Assembly (NCBI GenBank): GCA_963740035.1
Contig: CAVUDA010000012.1
Span: 41,971-105,970, forward strand
DNA length: 64,000 nucleotides
Direction: 5' to 3'
DNA from: an uncultured Acidobacteriota bacterium
Lineage (GTDB): Bacteria > Acidobacteriota > Terriglobia > Acidiferrales > UBA7541
Part shown: piece after piece, positions 57,688 to 64,000 of the stretch
How positions within the stretch are numbered: position 1 is the stretch's first letter
Layout: each line of letters begins with the position of its first letter
The notes under the pieces: generated by a model
What the model was told of the DNA's origin: nothing
Database searches by the model: none
Seen by the model: the letters and a program-made list of their open reading frames with translations, nothing else
Program-made: the position numbers and the translations under genes

Positions 57688-59297
57688 GGCGATTAATCGT
57701 CAGCACTGACTAAATGTAGTCCGTGAGTTCGATTCCTAATTATTTCATCTTGGAATTTGGCGTCGCTCGGATCGGGCCCAGGCGAGCTAGTGCACTCTGG
57801 GACCACAGTGCTCTCGACCTCGCGCCAATTCCGGAGAATATGCTCCCGCTCTGCCGCTTCCGTGGGAGAACTCTGTGCCGGGATTGTCTTCTCCAGCGAC
57901 GCGACTTGAGCCTTGTCACTTGACTCGCTCGCCGCTGCGATTTCCGACAGGATAGGTGATGCGATATTTTTTGGACGCATCCAAAAGGTATGAACGAGTG
58001 AATCTATGGCTTCATGCTCAAAAACTCGTCAACCCAAGTCCCGCGTACCTTCGGCGCATCGCCATAGTATGCGCGCGAGGTCACCGATAATCATTTTGGC
58101 GCAAGTCCGCTACGAAACTGCGATTGCGGATGAAGGTCAGAACGTCCTTGTGCGCAATCCCTACGACAGACATTGGCTCACACGGGAGAATTTCGGAAAC
58201 GGCGAAATTCATAGCTACGACTATGTCAGTTCAGATGGTCCCTGTGCCTCGAGCATCACGGTAACCCTTCCTGACGGAACCAGAACATTGGTAAAAATCG
58301 CCAGCTCCGTTCCCGAAGCTCGTAAGCATCCTCCACATTGAGCCAATTCCTAAGTTGGGCAAATCTTGAGGCATTGCCACCTTGTAGTCGATTTTGTAAC
58401 TGCGAAAGGACCAAACTTCAGCAAGATTCGACAAGGTTAAATAAGCAAGCCGCAAACGATCCAACAGGAATCACTTGGAATCCACTTCATACATTCACTT
58501 TCCCCAAATCGATAGAACTGATACCGGCTTTCTCTCTCCTGGTAGAGGTTTTCCTGGAGAGATCGATCTTACTGCCCGTAATCCGCGAGCCGCCAAGGCC
58601 ACTCCTCGATTCACGCCCTTTCGCCTATTAGTGCGGGCAGCCCACCTCATGAACCGCCATCTAAAACAATGAAACTGTTTCACTTACGTAAGGCTTCCGT
58701 TTCTTGTGCTCAAATTGTTTCCAAGTGAAATATTTTGCGCGGAGCTGGGCACGCCCGTTTAAGTAATGCTGAAACTATTCGGACTCCCCCATCCAGTTTC
58801 ACATATTTATGCATCTTAATTCATAAATATGTATTTCTCACACTAGCCGGGACTCTTGAATTCATGGACGCAGACGCGGAGGCTCCGGTCTATGTCTGAC
58901 TCCGGCTCTGGCGGGTTAACGGGCAGACGGCCTTCCCTTACCCGGATATTGTCCCGCTCGATCTGTAGGAATCTGCGTAAGCAGACAGCGGATCTTTGCC
59001 CAAAGGATCAATGTGGCGCTCTCCATCTTGCGAATGCCGGGCGTAAGACCCGATGATATCGGACTGGCCAAACGAGCGACCTCGCTCCTTTATCGGCATG
59101 CTGATGGTGTTGCGCACGATCTTTACAGGTACTCGTGGGAATCTTTTTGTCCCGTCGTTGACTCGTGCAACCAATGCGGCCTTCGCCTTCGTAGAGCACC
59201 TCTGCGGTGAAGGGCATACCACATTGGGCACACCAATTGGGCACAATAGCAGCATCCCCTCCGGACGCCTTATAAACACTGCATGAAAGTGATGCAT

Positions 59298-59319
59298 GGT
59301 TCGAGTCCCTTCTTCCGCA
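59298..59319 (+). repeat. Direct repeat, right copy (attR-like orphan tRNA-Leu 3' fragment, followed by cca)
   Basis: 22/22 identity with 37891-37912. No matching 5' acceptor strand (gcggaag) in the 90 nt upstream, so it is not a second tRNA gene. It is followed by cca, which the intact gene lacks. Confidence 0.85.
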
Positions 59320-59383
59320 CCACAATTGCAATTTCTTCGTGCACCCGGTCGAAACATTATTCTTGATGCACAGGTCGTGCGAG

Positions 59384-59412
59384 TTGACGTCCATCTTGGA
59401 TTCCCCTATACT
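59384..59412 (+). promoter_or_regulatory. Sigma-70-like promoter for tig
   Basis: TTGACG - 17 nt - TATACT, about 150 nt upstream of ATG 59562 and just downstream of the orphan tRNA fragment. Confidence 0.45.
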
Positions 59413-59561
59413 TTGCTTTTGCTGTACCCCGCTTGCAGTTCTTTCCCGTTTCCATTTTTCCGGACCGAGAAGCGGCAAAGAGTAGAAGTACGAACCTTAG
59501 GGCGGTTCCTGACGCATTTCGATCATTTGACAATGCAATCTTTGATCCCGAAGGCCTGACC

Positions 59562-60836
59562 ATGAGTGAAGCAACTTGCCGGCGCGAATTGGAACTGGAA
59601 ATTCCCGCGGATACTGTGCAGAAAGCCGTCGAACGCGTGGCCAAGCAGTTTGCCCGCGTCGCGCGCGTCCCGGGATTTCGACCGGGAAAAGCGCCTGTCA
59701 CGCTGATCCGGCGTCGTTTTGCCGACGACATCAAAAGCGAAGTGCTTCAATCCCTCGTGCCCGAGCAGATCGAGCGCGCAGTCACCGAAAGCAAGCTCGT
59801 TCCGATCACTCGGCCGCAAATCGATAAGGTCGACTTCACGGAAACCGGGCCGGTGAAGTTCCGCGCGACATTCGAGGTCCTGCCGGAATTCGAGCTTGGA
59901 CAATATAAGGATCTGGAAGTCGAACTCGAGGACCTCAAGGTCGAAGATTCCGATGTCGACAAAGGGATCGAGGAGCTTCGCGACCGCGCCGCCAATTTTG
60001 TTCCGGTCGAGGGCCGGCCCATCGCCGACGGCGATTACGCACAGCTCAAGCTGAAGGGCATCCCGGCGGGCGGCGGCGAGCCGCTCGAGGCCGAGAGCGT
60101 CCTCTGCCACGTGGGCGGCGAAGAAACCATGGGGCCGTTCAATGAAAATCTGCGCGGCGCAAACATCGGCGATCACAAGAATTTTGATGTAGCCTATCCT
60201 TCCGACTATCCCGATCCAAAGCTCCAGGGAAAAACATATACCTACGCGGTCGAGGTCCTGGGCATCAAGGAAAAAAAGCGGCCCGAGTTGACCGATGAAT
60301 TCGCCAAGGACGTGAGCGACGCGCAGACCCTTGAAGAGCTGCGCAAGAAGATGCGCGAGAATCTCGAAGAGGCGCGCACGCGCCGTCAAAACGATCAGAC
60401 TCGGGAAAAACTGCTCGTCCAGATCGTGAAGGCGCATGAGTTCCCTGTCCCCGAGGCGCTCGTCGAGCACCAGATGGACTCGCGCCTGGAACGCACGGTG
60501 CGGTCGCTCGCCTCGCAGGGCGTCGACCCGCGCGCGGTGAATGTGGACTGGGTGGCGCTGCGCAGCCGGCAAAAGGACCGCTCCATCGAGGATGTGAAGG
60601 CGGAATTGCTGCTGGACCGGATCGCCACGGCGGAACATATCGAAGTGGGCGAGGAAGAAGTGGAAAAGGAAATTGCGGCGATGGCGGAACGGAGTGGCGA
60701 ATCGGCCACAGCCGTTCGCGCGAACTTGACAAGGCAAGGTGCGCTGGATAGGATGAAATCTAAGATCCGGAGTGAAAAAACTCTGGACTGGCTCTGCAGC
60801 AATTCCCGGACTCGGACAATAACCAAGGAGAAATGA
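59562..60836 (+). CDS. tig: Trigger factor
   Basis: ELEIPADTVQKAVERVAKQFARVARVPGFRPGKAPVTLIRRRF is the canonical ribosome-binding N-domain (GFRPGK). It is followed by clpP and clpX. Confidence 0.95.
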   Translation: MSEATCRRELELEIPADTVQKAVERVAKQFARVARVPGFRPGKAPVTLIRRRFADDIKSEVLQSLVPEQIERAVTESKLVPITRPQIDKVDFTETGPVKFRATFEVLPEFELGQYKDLEVELEDLKVEDSDVDKGIEELRDRAANFVPVEGRPIADGDYAQLKLKGIPAGGGEPLEAESVLCHVGGEETMGPFNENLRGANIGDHKNFDVAYPSDYPDPKLQGKTYTYAVEVLGIKEKKRPELTDEFAKDVSDAQTLEELRKKMRENLEEARTRRQNDQTREKLLVQIVKAHEFPVPEALVEHQMDSRLERTVRSLASQGVDPRAVNVDWVALRSRQKDRSIEDVKAELLLDRIATAEHIEVGEEEVEKEIAAMAERSGESATAVRANLTRQGALDRMKSKIRSEKTLDWLCSNSRTRTITKEK

Positions 60837-60878
60837 AGTGGTTCCGGCCGGGGTCCTCCGCGCAACCTAAAAAACAAA

Positions 60879-61499
60879 ATGAAGCATACTGATGATATGA
60901 CTCCGCATGCAACAACGCTCATCCCCATGGTGGTGGAACAGACGAACAGGGGAGAGCGGGCCTACGATATCTATTCACGGCTGCTGAAGGACAATATTAT
61001 TTTCATCGGGACGCCGATTGACGACCACGTCGCCAATCTGGTCACCGCCCAGTTGTTGTTCCTGGAGGCGGAAGACCCCGAGAAGGATATTTCGCTGTAC
61101 ATCAACTCGCCGGGCGGCTCGATCACGGCGGGAATGGCCATTTATGACACGATGCAGTTCGTGCGGCCGAGCGTGGTGACCATCTGCGTCGGCCAGGCCG
61201 CGTCGATTGCCGCGCTGCTGCTGACCGCCGGAGCGGCGAAGAAGCGCTTTTCGCTGCCCAACTCGCGCATTCTGATTCACCAGCCGTGGATGTCGGGATT
61301 GTCGGGCCAGGCCACCGATATTGATATCCACGCGAAGGAAATCCTGCGCATGCGTACGGTCATCAACGGCCTGTTGGCGCAGCACAGCGGGCATAATCTC
61401 GAAAGTCTGGAAAAAGACGTCGAGCGCGATTTCATTATGTCCGCCGAGCAAGCGAAGGAATATGGATTGATCGACGAGATAATTACCAAGCACCGCTAA
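60879..61499 (+). CDS. clpP: ATP-dependent Clp protease proteolytic subunit
   Basis: [19 protein letters not shown]...[18 protein letters not shown]...[11 protein letters not shown]...IHQP carries the Ser-His-Asp triad context. Confidence 0.95.
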   Translation: MKHTDDMTPHATTLIPMVVEQTNRGERAYDIYSRLLKDNIIFIGTPIDDHVANLVTAQLLFLEAEDPEKDISLYINSPGGSITAGMAIYDTMQFVRPSVVTICVGQAASIAALLLTAGAAKKRFSLPNSRILIHQPWMSGLSGQATDIDIHAKEILRMRTVINGLLAQHSGHNLESLEKDVERDFIMSAEQAKEYGLIDEIITKHR

Positions 61500-61627
61500 C
61501 GCGTTCCAATCAGTTAGTAATAAACAAACGCGGCGGTGTACGGAAGCTGCAAAGGGGCCTAGAATAATCCGCACGGCAAGGAAAGCTTCCCTTGACCGAG
61601 CCTTGACCGGCGGAGGGCGACACACCG

Positions 61628-62878
<1,251 letters not shown>

Positions 62879-62942
62879 TACAGGCGCGGGCCCGTCGCGA
62901 ACGAAAAATCGCTCAAGGAGCAATCAGATAACCACCGAACCC

Positions 62943-64000
62943 ATGTTTAACCGAGAAAAGACGGAATCGAAGCGCGTGCCCATGATGCCGGTGCGCGATC
63001 TGGTCATCTTCCCCCAGATGATGAACCCGTTCATCGTGGGACGCGAAAGTTCCCTGCGCGCCCTCGAAGAAGCCCTGGCCACCGACAAAAAGATTTTCCT
63101 CGCCACGCAGCACGACGCTTCCGTCGACGATCCGAAGCCCGATGAAATCTATTCCGTCGGCACGCTGGCCAATATCGTGCAAAGCGTTCGCCTGCCGGAC
63201 GGAAACCTGCGCGTGCTGGTGGAAGGCGTCGAGCGGGCCAAGGCCGTGCAAATTTCGACCGACGAGGGATTTTTCCGGGCCACGCTGAAAGTGATTCCGA
63301 ACAAGGCCGAGCCTTCCCCGCAAATCGAACAGGCCGTAACCAAGGTCACCGGCCTGTTTGAACAGTACGTGAAACTCTCGCAGAGCCTGAATTACGACAC
63401 CATGATCGCGGCGACGCGCGTGGACGACCCCGCGAAACTCTCCGACACGATCGCGTCGAACCTGCAGATCCCCGTCGAGGAAAAGCAGGAACTCCTCGAA
63501 AATTTCGATCCGCTGGATCGTTTGACCCGCGTCGGCGAAATCCTGGAAAGCGAAATCGAAAAGCTCAACGTCGATCGCAACATCAACACCCGCGTGAAGC
63601 GCCAGATGGAGCGCGCCCAGAAAGAGTATTACCTCAACGAAAAATTGAAGGCCATCCACAAGGAACTCGGCCGCGGCGAGAAGAACGAACTCGAGGAACT
63701 GAAAAAGAAGATCGAAACCTCGGGCATGCCGAAGGACGCCCTCGAAAAGGCTACGCAGGAACTCAAGCGCCTCGAAATGATGCCGCCGATGTCGGCGGAA
63801 TCCACCGTGAGCCGCAATTACCTGGACTGGCTGCTGGCCGTGCCCTGGAAAAAAAGGTCCAAGGAAATTCGCGACATCGCGCTCGCGGAAAAGATTCTCG
63901 AAGAGGAGCATTACGGGCTCGACAAGATCAAGGAGCGAATCCTCGAGTTTCTGGCCGTGCGCCAGCTGGTGAAGAATCCGCGCGGCTCGATTCTCTGCTT
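62943..64000 (+). CDS. lon: Lon protease, N-terminal part (3' end outside the window)
   Basis: MFNREKTESKRVPMMPVRDLVIFPQMMNPFIVGRESSLRALEEAL...YYLNEKLKAIHKELG...LEKATQELKRLEMMPPMSAE. The frame is open to the end of the window. Confidence 0.95.
   Translation, partial: MFNREKTESKRVPMMPVRDLVIFPQMMNPFIVGRESSLRALEEALATDKKIFLATQHDASVDDPKPDEIYSVGTLANIVQSVRLPDGNLRVLVEGVERAKAVQISTDEGFFRATLKVIPNKAEPSPQIEQAVTKVTGLFEQYVKLSQSLNYDTMIAATRVDDPAKLSDTIASNLQIPVEEKQELLENFDPLDRLTRVGEILESEIEKLNVDRNINTRVKRQMERAQKEYYLNEKLKAIHKELGRGEKNELEELKKKIETSGMPKDALEKATQELKRLEMMPPMSAESTVSRNYLDWLLAVPWKKRSKEIRDIALAEKILEEEHYGLDKIKERILEFLAVRQLVKNPRGSILC

Larger units (their letters stand above)
37891..59319. mobile_element. Putative tRNA-Leu-integrated genomic island (about 21.4 kb); no integrase recognised, probably immobilised
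   Basis: Bounded by identical 22-nt direct repeats, ggttcgagtcccttcttccgca. One is the 3' end of tRNA-Leu (37891-37912) and the other an orphan copy (59298-59319) about 240 bp upstream of tig. Both inner ends (37.95-38.64 kb and 57.6-59.3 kb) are lower-GC, ORF-poor and look decayed. Confidence 0.6.

Noticed and set aside
58856-59290. Overlapping ORFs on both strands next to the right repeat (58856-59056+, 59013-59210+, 58938-59357-, 59008-59478-) as candidate recombinase or small Zn-ribbon genes.
   Set aside because: The frames are mutually overlapping with no family motifs. CAQCG...C is a single half-ribbon only. They are most likely non-coding or eroded sequence.
59213-59322. Possibility that the second copy of the tRNA-Leu 3' end belongs to a second tRNA gene.
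   Set aside because: There is no complementary 5' acceptor strand (gcggaag) and no D or anticodon arm in the 90 nt upstream. Only the T-arm and acceptor 3' half are present.

Overview
This is a high-GC bacterial chromosome segment. Its gene content looks Acidobacteria-like (TIGR03436-type vWA protein, DUF5818-like protein, CarboxypepD_reg/beta-propeller proteins), but that is judged from protein families only.

Layout, left to right:
1. 1-9.4 kb: a Wzx/Wzy-type exopolysaccharide locus (Wza, Wzc, flippase, GT4, acetyltransferase, Wzy-like polymerase, GT2, priming sugar transferase). The Wzc gene is broken by two frameshifts.
2. 10-15.5 kb: housekeeping genes (fused accD-accA, tdh, ilvB, ilvN).
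3. 18.6-27 kb: a periplasmic oxidoreductase cluster. It holds an IorAB-type molybdo-hydroxylase and a Tat-exported flavoprotein, flanked by two paralogous haem-c/beta-propeller proteins.
4. 27-37.8 kb: a split PAS/MCP sensor, tRNA-Lys, and a CzcB/CzcA efflux pair in which czcA is frameshifted.
5. 37.9-59.3 kb: a putative 21.4-kb genomic island.
6. 59.6-64 kb: tig-clpP-clpX-lon.

Most notable observation: the island sits between tRNA-Leu(TAG) and tig and is bounded by a 22-nt direct repeat of the tRNA 3' end. No integrase was recognised.
- Cargo: four Usp genes, YtxH, an HPF-like remnant, three paralogous cytochromes c, DUF3300/DUF2950, a fully overlapping DevCBA-type exporter operon, an erythromycin-esterase-family/PRTase pair, and a sortase system with an LPKTAS substrate and a vWA protein.
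- It encodes its own Crp-type regulator, whose recognition helix (RETVTR) is CRP-like.
- Six perfect GTGA-N6-TCAC palindromes were found in island intergenic regions, including one upstream of the regulator's own operon.

No CRISPR array, rRNA or intact transposase/integrase was recognised. All functional calls come from reading the translated ORFs and motifs by eye; no database search was run.
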